NCBI RefSeq assembly: GCF_006345805.1 | Contig: NC_042998.1 | Location: 75,082,001 to 75,146,000, forward strand | From: Octopus sinensis | Lineage: Eukaryota | Direction of reading: 5' to 3' | Length of the DNA stretch: 64,000 nt | Part shown: positions 1 to 11,532 of the stretch, one piece after another | Layout of the letters: each line of letters opens with the position of its first letter | Numbering within the stretch: the stretch's first letter is position 1 | Translations under genes and position numbers: made by a program | The notes under the pieces: model-generated | What the model saw: only the letters and a program-made list of their open reading frames with translations | What the model was told of the DNA's origin: nothing | Database searches by the model: none

Positions 1-178
1 TTTATAGATATGCGATATATACATATATTATTTATAACTTCATAGTAGGATTTATGGGTAAGATCACGCTTGTAACTTTTATCAAGTAGTCAGCATGCTA
101 TAAAAATTTATAGGCAATTTATACATTAAATTAATGATTATATACATATGTATATGATTGTATTAAGAGAGCGAAGGC

Positions 179-341
179 GAAAACGATCAGTCTCGAACGT
201 GCTTGAAATGCCAGGACAGTCAAAACTACCAAAAAATCCAGATTAAATATACGTTTTCAGTCATGTGTATGTTTAATCTGGAGTTTGGGTAGTTTTGAGT
301 CTCCCTCGGCACTTCAAGCATGTGAGATATGGGTCGTTTTC
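179..341. repeat. Imperfect palindrome / fold-back (MITE-like) element, about 75-bp arms
   Basis: Left arm gaaaacga..tctc..gtgcttgaa..tgcc..aaaactacc..tccagattaaatatac matches the reverse complement of 267-341 (gtatgtttaatctgga..ggtagtttt..ggca.ttcaagcatgt.gaga..tcgttttc); loop about 14 nt. Confidence 0.75.
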
Positions 342-389
342 AACTTTGGTCCCTTAATATAGTTATATACATATGTATATCATTATTAA

Positions 390-395
<6 letters not shown>

Positions 396-442
<47 letters not shown>

Positions 443-671
443 GGATGCGTATATATTATAATATCCAGGGCAGTTATTGTCCGTTAAAGACACCCGCTTT
501 AATGAGAACAAAGAGGACATCCTTCAACATACGTAAAAGATACATAAAATTCTGAGTGTCTTAAGTAAAAATAGTATCTATTTAAACAGCGGTGCATCAG
601 CATGGCCGCAGCTCTGAGCTGAAACTAGAGAGAAAAAAATATTATAGATATATTCATATATGTAAGTATGC

Positions 672-734
<63 letters not shown>

Positions 735-754
735 ATATATATACATATATAGAC

Positions 755-812
<58 letters not shown>

Positions 813-882
813 GCATACATACATACATATATATATATGTATGTATGTATCTATATATATGTATATATATGTGTGCGTGTAC

Positions 883-925
<43 letters not shown>
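396..925. repeat. (TA)n microsatellite blocks (396-441 and about 650-925); source of the YIYI ORFs
   Basis: Direct reading; many similar (TA)n/(CA)n tracts recur across the window. Confidence 0.95.
589..630 (+). mobile_element. 3' tail fragment of a tRNA-derived SINE
   Basis: gcggtgcatcagcatggccgcag...gctgaaactag matches the tail of the complete SINE at 22530-22925 (reverse complement of tttcagtcgtttgactgcggccatgctggagcaccgc). Confidence 0.55.
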
Positions 926-3724
926 AGTGTGTATACGTGAAAGTGTAAGTAAAATACGTACACGCAGTCTATATATATAGTTTTACTTACCCACGTGACC
1001 ACTATTTGAATTTTTCTTTCATCTTCTGCAAATCTTAAATCATCAAATCATTGATATTGCTTCCCTTTGCGTTTTTATTTTATCTGTCCTTTCATCACAT
1101 TATGATATATTGCCGTCCTATATGTTTCATCAACTAATACTTTTACACTCTCTCATCCTTCATTCTCTTGTTACCGAAAAGTATACATATATGCATGTAT
1201 TAACGCACGCGCACACACCCACACTCACACACACACACACACACTCATATATAATTCACAAGTTTACTTGACATCTTCATCTATGTTTAAAGTATTTCAA
1301 TCATATTAATGGACCCTTCTATATTATCTTGACTTCAGTTTATAGATATATGTGTGTGCATGTGTGTTTGTGTGTGTGTGAAGAATGTATGTGTAAGTAA
1401 TCACGTGTATATGTGTACACTTTCCCTTTGAGTATTTCTTCGAAACATTATTTTATTCAACCATCAAATCGTATTGCTTTCATTATATCTAACTATAATT
1501 TGATAGGAAATCTTAACTTCTTTTTCCGTCATTATATATCTTACAACACATCAAATATAGACAAATTTTCTCACGATTGATTCGTCGGTGAAATGTTATT
1601 TCGGAAATCATTACATACACATGACTCCATTTATATATATATTTAAAATTAAATTCAATAAGTGCATGACGAGTAAATAAAAACTGGCTTTTTCTCTTTT
1701 ACATTGATATGTCAAATTTCCCATATTCTCCTATGGCTTAAGTGTTTAAGACTGTAGTTTAAAATCTTTTAAACGAATATTTACTATCATTTGAAACGAG
1801 GAATATATTAAGAAAAAACTGAAATACTTCACTACAAACATAACATACTGAAATATCTCTTACCACCTACTTATTATGTTTCAAATTGCTTGTTGTAATG
1901 TTTTAATTAAATATACTGCGTTTTTCTGAAATAACTTTACTACAATCGAAATACACCCACAATACTTCTAATAAATGTTGTTGCTGTTTTTTTTTGTTTT
2001 GTTTCTTTTTACTTTTAATTGTTCGGCATGTATAAAAACGAAGCAAGAATGAAGTAAAGGCTTTATAAAGTTTTTGTTATGAACTGAAACGCTTTTGTTA
2101 GTTTGTATTAAGTCGATAACATTTGGTGTGTAGTAATGGAATCTAATGGTAACATTTGCATTATTAACATAATAGAAGGAATGGAAGCATCAAAGTCCAA
2201 AGAAGAATACTCATAAAATTCACTTCTAATAAAATTAGTCAATAGAACGAATACATTAAATTTCCTTTTGTTGAAGTAAAAAGTTTCCATTATTTTTGTA
2301 TTCAGTTTTTAATTTTATTTTGCGCCATGCGGAAATTGATGTTATGATGGAATTAATTTACGATAATTACTTAGGAATTATCATGATTAATGAATTTAAA
2401 ACTATCTGAATCAATTAGATACTTCTCCGAGTTATGAAAATTGAAAACTTTTTCATTTTTTTTTAAAATTTTGCCATTAATAGATTTCTTCCAATTTGTT
2501 CTGTATGTATTTATTGATTTAAATTAGTTTAAACTGAGAGGTTTTTAATGTTGAGTTATAATTTATTATGTTAATTAAACCTATTAACATAAATTTACAT
2601 TTCAGTGAATCTGGTTTGAATTCCCAACCGTAATGATTCTCAAGCGTGCTTGTTCTGTGATAAAATTAATTGGCTAGCTACTTTGAATATTACTTTGATG
2701 GCGTTCTCCAGTTTAAAACTTACATCATGTTAGATTAGAAATTTGATTTGCACTGAAGAATTGTAATTAGTGATCGAGTAGTCAATGTAGTTAAAATACT
2801 TGATAGTAATTTTAAATTTCTTCTTAATTTTACCGTTGTACCAAATAAATGATTCTAGAACAGCAGGCTTCAACACATAAAAATATTATACAACATCCAT
2901 CAACGATAACAATTGATAATGTTTATAAAAGGCAATACGTTTTCAAATGAAATGATTAATAAGTTAATATTTCACTCTCTAACGAACACCAATCGATTCT
3001 AACTCTGTTCATTATTCAAGACAACTGGATAGCATAATTTTATCTTGTTAGTGGACCAACTTACTGAGAGCGCAGGGAAAATATTTTATTTGTAATGTTA
3101 ACGTTCTTAGTAGAAGGTCCTAGACAAACTGTAGCAACACAGCTGATCGTTCAGTAAAAATACAGACATGCTTGAGACAACTAGAGCTTTAGATACAGCA
3201 ACCAAATGAAATCTCTCTAGAAATGGGAAAATTATTATTTGTGTATTCGTTATTCTAAAAGTATATTCATTTGACTCATTCAGCAACTCATAAAATAACT
3301 TCTTAAATAACGTCTCAAATATTAGAATGAAACTCTTCATATAAAGCATTGTAAATCAAAGAAGACACTATTTCAGTAATGATATAAATGTCATATTGCA
3401 TAATTTCCTTTCACGTAAGATAATATATTATTTACCAATCTTGGCATGAAATTATATTCTAATGCAACAATACGCAAAGTATACGACATTTACACTTAAT
3501 TATTTTGGTTTTTAATCTTTGACTTCAAAACCTTAAAACATCTTGCCGTGTACATTAGTTATTTCAGCTAACTTTAGTTATTTCAGATAACCTTTTCGTA
3601 GTTACTATATAGAATTCACAAATCCAATGAGAATGGAACTTGAGTATAATAATTAAAAAGAATAAACATAATTATCCTCTCTACTATAGGCATAACACCA
3701 GAAAGTTTTTGGCGGGGGCGAGGA

Positions 3725-3893
3725 GCTGGTCGATTACATCGACCTCAGTACATGATCAGTACTTATTTTATCGACCCTGAAAGAATGAAAGGCAAAATGG
3801 ACCACAGCGGAATTTAAACTCAGAATGTAAAGATAGTCTAAACGCAGCTAAGAATTTTGCCCGGAGTGCTAACGATTCTGCAAACTCACCGCC
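3725..3893 (-). mobile_element. tRNA-derived SINE, family A (head GGCG..GCAGAATCGTTAGCAC)
   Basis: Minus strand reads ggcggtgagtttgcagaatcgttagcactccgggcaaaattc..ttctgagtttaaattccgc..gcctttcattc..ggtcgataaaataagtac; homologous to copies at 39505, 54343 and 60107. Confidence 0.8.
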
Positions 3894-6800
3894 GAAGAGG
3901 AAATAATATAAACCGACAGAAACGGGAGTAATATCATTGAGCAGGCTTTATACAATCATATTTAAAGCGTATACGTAATTGGTGTGTGATAATGAAAAAA
4001 ATAATAACATCTTGACAAACTACGCAGTAAAAGCAATATGAAGTTAAGATGGTTGTAAGAATATGTGTGATCAATAAAATATTGTCTCTCCCGAAGCAGA
4101 AAATGCAATAATATATGGTTCATCAGTGTTATGGAAATGTGTTCTTACAACAAACGCGGCTTATAGCGTTGAAGATCACTGAAATATCTAAGATTACTAT
4201 TGCAAATTCTTACACTCATTAGTAATATCAGCCAGTATCTTGGCGATGCCTTTCACCTCTGCCATCGTTTGTCATTTCTTAAGACTTTATGGCTGCGGTA
4301 ATTAACTTTAGCACATTATCGTTTCCCGATCTTAGCTTTTACTCACTGACACGGTAAGCATTAATGATGTCGACATTTCATTACTTGTGTAAAATTATTC
4401 TCACTTTAGTAATTACAGATATCTTGTAAGGTAAGTGTACACACTATACCAAAAACCTGTCCTCCAAAAATATCAATTTACAGACAGGGATCAGGTTTTA
4501 ATTGGGTTAGTATTAAAATTTAGAGCTAATATGAAATTTAGTGTATCGCTATAGCGCTCACTGCTGTTACTGATTTGGACAATTATGTCGATTGCTTATA
4601 CGTACCTCCTCGGCTCATGTTTATTTGTATTTAATCCATTTAGAATATTTCATGCGTAAGTTATACTTGTTCTATATTGCTAGAGAATTCAAATAGAATA
4701 CTAACCAGAGATGTAACAAATCCCTTGCAGTATACTCCAACTTATTCACTGCTCTCATTTGTATATATCTTAGGAAAATGTGAACCACATACAGTTATGA
4801 CGTTCAGGATATACGTAGGATCAACGTTTGCACGTTATTGCTTTGATAAAACAAAATCACGAACATTCAAATTAAGTGGTAAATCATTTATAAGAAACAC
4901 GCAAAAAATGACGATACAAATAAAGTTCTTATAAAATGTCCAAAAATTTTTAAACAAATACAGATAAGAAAACTAACTGTGGCAGGAGAAATATCGGAAT
5001 ATGAGTGTAAATTTCAGAATAACCCGAATATAACATATATATCGTATGATTTGATAGGAAAATCAATATACAAAAGGCACTAGTAGGTGTATATGTAGAT
5101 GATTTTACCTGCAATACCAGCACTAGTACACATTCTACCTGAGTTTTCTGTCATATTGCAACGACGAGAAGATGTAAAAGTGTAAAGAAATTCTCTAAAA
5201 AATACCATGGTAACTGGTGAAAAGTTAGTGGTAAGAATAGAAGCTTTGTGTAGCAATGAAAACTGGTTCGTAGATGACAGGGTTAATTCTTTGGGCACTC
5301 AATCCTACAAATATTTCATTTCAATTAGATCAAATTGTTCCAGCAGTGACTTCGCCCAGTGGCTACAACCGGGAGAAATAAATAGCATCCATTCAGTATA
5401 AAACTTTATATTTTTTTCTGAGATATGTATAGATTATTATTGCTTCTTGTAACGCAGGTGACTAATAATACTATATGTATCCGAAAGATTATTCTAAACA
5501 AAATTAAAGTTCCCATTAAAAAAATTCCGTTACTTTAGTTGATGGATTTCAAGCATGAGCTGATAAGGTCAAGGTCGAAGTATTTTCTGGACTCAAGAAA
5601 CGAAAGGTAATTTATTGAAAACAGAATTAAGAATCTTATCATGAAACTGTGTTACCAAATATCCATTGAGTGGTGCATTTAAAATTTCTCGTCAAGGAAG
5701 TAGATTGGCATGGATTGTACATTAATCGTAATATACTGCCAGGAGTTATACCATAACCAGAAATATTTGTTACCTGGAATTTATCAGTTTTCATTTAACT
5801 ACGAGGATTTTGTTACCAGATGTTGTGGCAATCCCATGGAATATCTGCCATTGAGACATCTGACTTTTGATCATTTCTTTTTTCAGTCTTTTCTATCTGT
5901 GGCTTTCGTTTTGAACATGAGTCCTGACCTGCCTGCTATAAATTTATATATTCTTGTAACTTCGATTCAAATGTTTCACTGGGGCTATTAATCCCGATTA
6001 TGCCCACTATATACAAGTGCGTGATGTTGGCATTCACGGATTTTAACAGTTTCATTTTTCAGTTCTACGGAGTGTCCACATATCCCATTCACGGATCAAG
6101 CCCAGTGTGGGAACCGATTTAATCACCGACCAATTTACTACGCTTACGTGCTACTATGATAATACATTCACAAGTACAAGGCTTCATCAACCTGTTTTGG
6201 AACTCTCCCTACGTGATAAAATACAAGATATACTCACATAACTACAAAATTTCCTCTGAAAGAAGAACGAGCATAATTTTTAAGTATTCATTAATTTGTT
6301 CATAATCTTTGGACTACAGAAATGTAATCTATGACAATGTCCTGATTGATATTATTCATTATCAATATGAAACTGGAATGCATGCTAAAAATATTCCCTA
6401 ATATAATAAGTATTCAGAGATAATACTTTCTATTTGAATTGTACAATGCTGAACATGAACTGGAAACTCTTTTGCCATCTTCTAATTTCATGTCAATATT
6501 GAAGAGTATCCATCAGGGTAATGCGTCTTTGCGTCGGGCAGTGATCAGGAGAAAGGTACTAAATAATTAAAAAGATATGAGCTTCTTTTCTCAGTAAGAG
6601 AGAAAGAAAAACATTTTGAAAATAATATTCTTTGAAGTAACCATTTAGATATTTCTGTAAAATTTCATGTACAAACTATGCATTATTGCGAAGGTTATAA
6701 TGGAAGCCACATCTGCTACTTCATTTTATGTGTGTGCGTGTGTGCGTCGAGAAAGAGAGAGAGAGAGAGAAAGAGAGATACATGCATACATACAATGATA

Positions 6801-7020
6801 TAAACATGCTTACATAATTAAATTACTTCATTTAATAGCCTACATAAAACACTAAAAGAAACTGTCTCATAAATCATCTCGGATCCTACAGCCAAAAATC
6901 GGCGTCGAAAAAGCTTCACAGAACTAATCATGCACTGCTAAAATTAGGTTGCGTCTTATATGTTTGGGGTATATTTGAACCTTTTATAGCGTGAAAATAA
7001 AATTCATTCCTCCATGCATA

Positions 7021-7156
7021 TACGAGATCTGATCAATATGTAGCTGGACTGTTGCCATAGTAACGAAGCTAAAGCACGCACAGTGAACACGCTTGGCACA
7101 GATAAATCTTTGACTTAGTTGTGTATGCGTACTAAGTTTTAACATTCTAGGTCACT
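7021..7156 (+). mobile_element. Probable 5' terminal fragment of a second mariner-type family
   Basis: Starts TA+cgagatctgatcaata, which resembles the TA+cgaggggcgttcaata terminus of the mariners at 8983 and 14441; assignment partly from recall. Confidence 0.45.
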
Positions 7157-7188
7157 TAAAAAATAAAAGATACCAAATTACAAAGGTT

Positions 7189-7277
7189 TAAATGCTAGAC
7201 TAAATTCTGAACTAAATTCTGAACTAAATTCTGAACTAAATTCTGAACTAAATGCTAGACTAAATTCTGAACTAAAT
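7189..7277. repeat. 12-bp minisatellite, about 7.4 units (taaattctgaac, with variant taaatgctagac)
   Basis: Unit order A-B-B-B-B-A-B read directly; a solo copy lies near 7452. Confidence 0.9.
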
Positions 7278-8064
7278 CGTCCGCATTCCCAAGATAAAAG
7301 TTTAAATCTTCTGTTAGTGTTGACAGTTACTAAACCTAACGACACATCTACTGATCAACCAACTTTTCTACCCATCTAAATTCTCTTATATGCATCTCAA
7401 AAAGCAACGCCAAGAACTGAATCTGACACATCTAAATGAATACACCTAATGACTAAATTCTGAATATTAAAACAACTCAGAACTTAAGCAATAAAAATAA
7501 CACTTATCTTGCAACCTAATTATCACCCAACAGAGATCCATCAATCCCTAAAAGTGCTTCTTCAAAATACACAAGAAAATACTCCCCATTCCGGCATTTC
7601 AATGTTCTCCACCTTCCTGTTTAGGTGTATCTTTTAGAAACAATGATGCAAATATCCTTTGCTTGTAGTTTCATTCTCCATCTAAGAATGGGTATTCTTC
7701 AAGGGAACACGAATTGCATGCTAAACTCCTAACCTCCGTTTTGTGTAAGTGTTTCTACATGTGCAGGTATACTTGTGGTGGTGGGGTTTCTTGAACAATA
7801 TGCCAAGTAGCCCTTATTATCATGTTTCAACTATATTCAAAGCTGAATGCAACAGGTAATTTGGCTGTTACTTTCTTTTAAACAAACGACACAAAAGAGT
7901 ATTCATTCCGACTACTGTTTTATAAAACAAACTATATATTTCTATGCAGAAAAAAAAATTATATTTGAAAAATACTGATGACTTGCAATAAGCTTGATTT
8001 GAATCGCCTTGATACAAATTTGTAATAAACTGTAGTATGCTCAGTCTCAAAAGATACAAGTACA

Positions 8065-8694
8065 ATCTTCACCTGTTCTTCGAATTTATATTTCCTTCAC
8101 ACTCCACCAGCTCTGATCGAAATTTACTCCAAATCGCTATCCAGACCATCACAGAATAGTCGCAATGTTCATTGTTGGCTGCAATAATTTCACGTCAAAC
8201 TTTTGATCAGAGTCTCCACACGCACTCTCGACCGCTGTCAGGAAATACAGCAAATCTAGACTTATCAGAGACTATGACAGTGTCCTAATGCTAGTGGACC
8301 CACTACCATCTCTCTGGCCCAATCTTTTCTCCGCTTTGTATTTGTTGGTCGAAGAAATGGCTTTCTTCTTGCTGCTCTGCCATAGTAGCTAAGTTTGTGG
8401 GGATACGTGACTGCTGTTCTGGGACTAGCATCAACATGTTTTGCTACGCCAAAGGCCTTGCAACGAGGATTATCGTCCACACTTCTCTTAACAAAGCGAA
8501 GGGTCCTGGTCAACCTGGGTTATGTAACGTGGACTCCTTCCTCACCTTGGCGAATTGCACAATCACTCTATTAACTGTAGAATGAGGGATCCCAATGCTG
8601 CAATTTTACTCTGACTAGGCCCAGCTTCATATTAACTCACAATACGGCCTCTTTGAAATTCGGAGAGGTCCAAGCCTTCTTTTGTATGTGGCAC
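8065..8694 (-). pseudogene. Decayed Tc1-like transposase, N-terminal half to first catalytic Asp region
   Basis: Minus-strand translation across frameshifts: LSEFQRGRIV..GIPHSTVNRVI..YYGRAARRKPFL..KRRKDWAREMV..SDKSRF..VWRL..VMVWIAIWS..ELVECEGNINS, matching Tc1 HTH and FSDES/VMVWG motifs; stops and frameshifts present. Confidence 0.85.
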
Positions 8695-8819
8695 GATTAA
8701 ACAGTCACATGTAGAACCTAAAATATAAAAATATCAGTTCATAAAAACTATAATTCTTTTCAAGTTAAAATACGCAGAAGAGAATGTTTCAAGTGATTAT
8801 TTACTTTCGACATGTCTAT

Positions 8820-8822
8820 GTG

Positions 8823-8890
<68 letters not shown>

Positions 8891-8920
8891 TATATGCACC
8901 CGAGGACACGGATGAGAATA

Positions 8921-8962
<42 letters not shown>
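8820..8962. repeat. Compound (TA)n(TG)n and (GATA)n microsatellites
   Basis: Direct reading. Confidence 0.95.
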
Positions 8963-8965
<3 letters not shown>

Positions 8966-8982
8966 TAGGTAGCGGTATATGT

Positions 8983-10249
8983 AGAGGGGCGTTCAATAAG
9001 TAATGCCCCTGACCCACTTGCAGTTGTTTGGTCTAGCTGCACTTTTGCATGTGCAATTATTTATATCTCTATAGATTAGGTGGCAAATTACAACTCTGAA
9101 CTGATTGTGGTTTCTGATTTACAGGTGTTTGAACTGAGTCAAGTGTGAAATGGAGCCTGTTGAGTGTCGAGCAGTGATCCGGTTTTTGTATTTGAAAGGA
9201 TGCACACCACGGGAGACTGTTGATGAAATGAAAGTAACTTATGGTGATAATGCCCTATCATATGACCTTGTAAAACACTGGCATCGTGAATTCAAACCTG
9301 GTCGGAACTCTGTGGAAACAGCTCCCAGATCTGGTCGCCCCCTTCTGCCATTGATGAGGCATCTGTCCGTCAAGTTGAGGCTGCTATTCGCCAAATAGCC
9401 CATGAGGTCAAGATTAGTATCGGGTCTGTGGAAACTATCATTCATGACCATTTGCATATGCAAAAGGTGTCTGCCAGATGGATTCCCAGGTTGCTCACAC
9501 CTTTCCAGAAGCAAGAACGCGTCGATTGCTCGAGGATGAATTTGGAGATGTGCCAAGAAGATGAGTCAAAATTTTTCAAAAGACTGATTACACAGGATGA
9601 AACCTGGGTCCATCACTATGATCCAGAGACCAAAGCCCAGGCAATGCAGTGGAAGCACCGTGACTCACCTCCTCCAAAGAAGGCAAGGGTGCATCCCTCC
9701 GCTTGCAAGGTCATGCTCACAGTCTTCTGGGACCAGGACGGTGTAGATTTGACAGATTTCCTGGCAAAGGGTGCCACAATTACAGGAGCCTATTATGCTT
9801 CACTTTTGAGGAAATTAAGAGAAGCTATCAAAATCAAGAGGCGGGGCAAGATCGGCAAAGGCATCCTCCTCCTGCAGGACAACGCTCTGGGCCACAACTC
9901 ATGTGTCGCCAGATCAGAAGCACAGGCGTTTGGCTATGAACTCCTCCCCCATCCCCCTACTCTCCTGACCTTGCACCCTCTGATTTTCACCTCTTCCCAG
10001 CCATGAAGCTGTTTTTGAAAGGAAAGCGTTTCCCAGATGATGCAGCCTTGATTTTTGAAGTCACGTCGTGGTTGGAGGACCAGGCTGGTGTCTTCTACAA
10101 AAACGGTCTTCAGAGCTGCATCAAATGATGGGAGAAATGCGTAACACTGGGTGGTTCCTATGTAGAAAAGGACTAATAACTGTGCCACGTTTCGTAGCTC
10201 TACTGCTATGGGAAGTGGATCAGGGGCATTACTTATTGAACGCCCCTCG
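8983..10249 (+). mobile_element. Full-length mariner (D,D34D) DNA transposon, copy 1
   Basis: TIRs gaggggcgttcaataagtaatgcccctgacccactt / aagtggatcaggggcattacttattgaacgcccctcg followed by TA (10250-10251); internal transposase remnant. Confidence 0.95.
9150..10176 (+). pseudogene. Mariner transposase pseudogene, copy 1
   Basis: MEPVECRAVIRF..WIPRLL..ITQDETWVHHYDPETK..QDNA..YSPDLAPSDFHLF; 34 residues between the second and third Asp; at least 2 frameshifts, a deletion of about 27 bp and a late premature stop. Confidence 0.93.
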
Positions 10250-11476
10250 TACGTATAAATTGGATGGACGTAAACCTCTCTAAATGCATACACAAGAGAA
10301 ATTCCTTCACAAAAGGAACCTTACAGAAAGGAGCCTAATGATTTGAATTTTGTTGTGACGGAATTATAGCTCGTCTCTTGTTGCTAAAAACATACTTTTC
10401 CCCTACGAATCCAGCTCCTTCTTTTCTTTAAATGATATACCATAAGATGTGTAACATAATGAAGTTCAATTATGTTTCTCTAGAATGAATCTAATATTTT
10501 CAAATATGTTTTTCTAAACTACTATTTCTGTCAACCAATCCGTGAAGAGAATATCTCATTCATAATTGTTAATGAGGAACTAAAGATTTTTCTTTCGTTC
10601 CTGTATAAATACATAATTTCTTTGATGTTCAAACAACCAGCATGCTTAGTGTCGTTTGTGTCCCTATATTACAGCTTTCTTAAATATTGTCTTTAAACTA
10701 TGTCGTTTGACATATTTTAATATTCACTTCTCTTTTGTTATAACGTAAACAAAAGGTGTGTATGTGTGTCTGTACGTGTGTGTCTGGTTGTGGTTGTGTG
10801 TGCATATGTGTATGCATTGTGTATGCCTCTGTGTGTGTGTGTAAACAGTGTAAGGTAAATTTCTTGCAATTCACCTGCTATCTGACAGAGTGATCTATTG
10901 TAACTAGTTTTCAATGGAAGCCAATGTAAAGGCCAACTCGCGCACGAATACTCAAGCCCACCCATTACTTGTCCGTTACAAAGAAGTGTCTTGTGCTTGT
11001 ATTAATGCTCTTACGACATACGGAATGTTAGATCTATAAATTTAAACTGCAAGAATATAACATACAAGTAATCTACATATTTTCGCCATGTTTATAAAAG
11101 AAAATTTAAAGGGCATTTTCTTACAGGTGAAAGGTATATAGGCCAAAGTGAATCTACGTTATCATGCTTTCATCTGCTTGTACACATAGAAGGAAACATA
11201 ACACACAGATTGATATATGAACACGTATAACTTAGTTGATGTTTACCATTTTAGCTATAGATTTGTGTAATAAATATTTATTCATTATAATTTTATATAC
11301 ATATAATTGATTAAGGGAACGAAAGATGGGTCTGGTTTTAGTCTTTATTTTGTACGACGATTGTTTCGACCCTTTTGGGTGAGACTCTCCGTGAAACATA
11401 TTGTGGTGCATCGATTTTGCAGTCTGGGTCGTATCAAGTACAACCATACATAAAATGGTGTCTCGCTAAAGATCTC

Positions 11477-11532
<56 letters not shown>

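Noticed and set aside
373-1002. Many ORFs of 60-150 aa rich in YI, HT, CV, LS, I or M (here and throughout the window)
   Set aside because: They are translations of (TA)n, (CA)n, (GATA)n, (AAT)n and (GAT)n microsatellites, which lack stop codons in some frames.
2100-3350. Possible decayed hAT transposase on the minus strand (GIQTRFTEM, CCSRIIYLVQ)
   Set aside because: Only vague resemblance to TRWNS and CxAHxLNL motifs amid many stops; not supportable without a profile search.
7189-7277. CRISPR-like reading of the 12-bp and 21-bp arrays
   Set aside because: Units are contiguous without unique spacers, no cas genes are present, and the DNA is eukaryotic.
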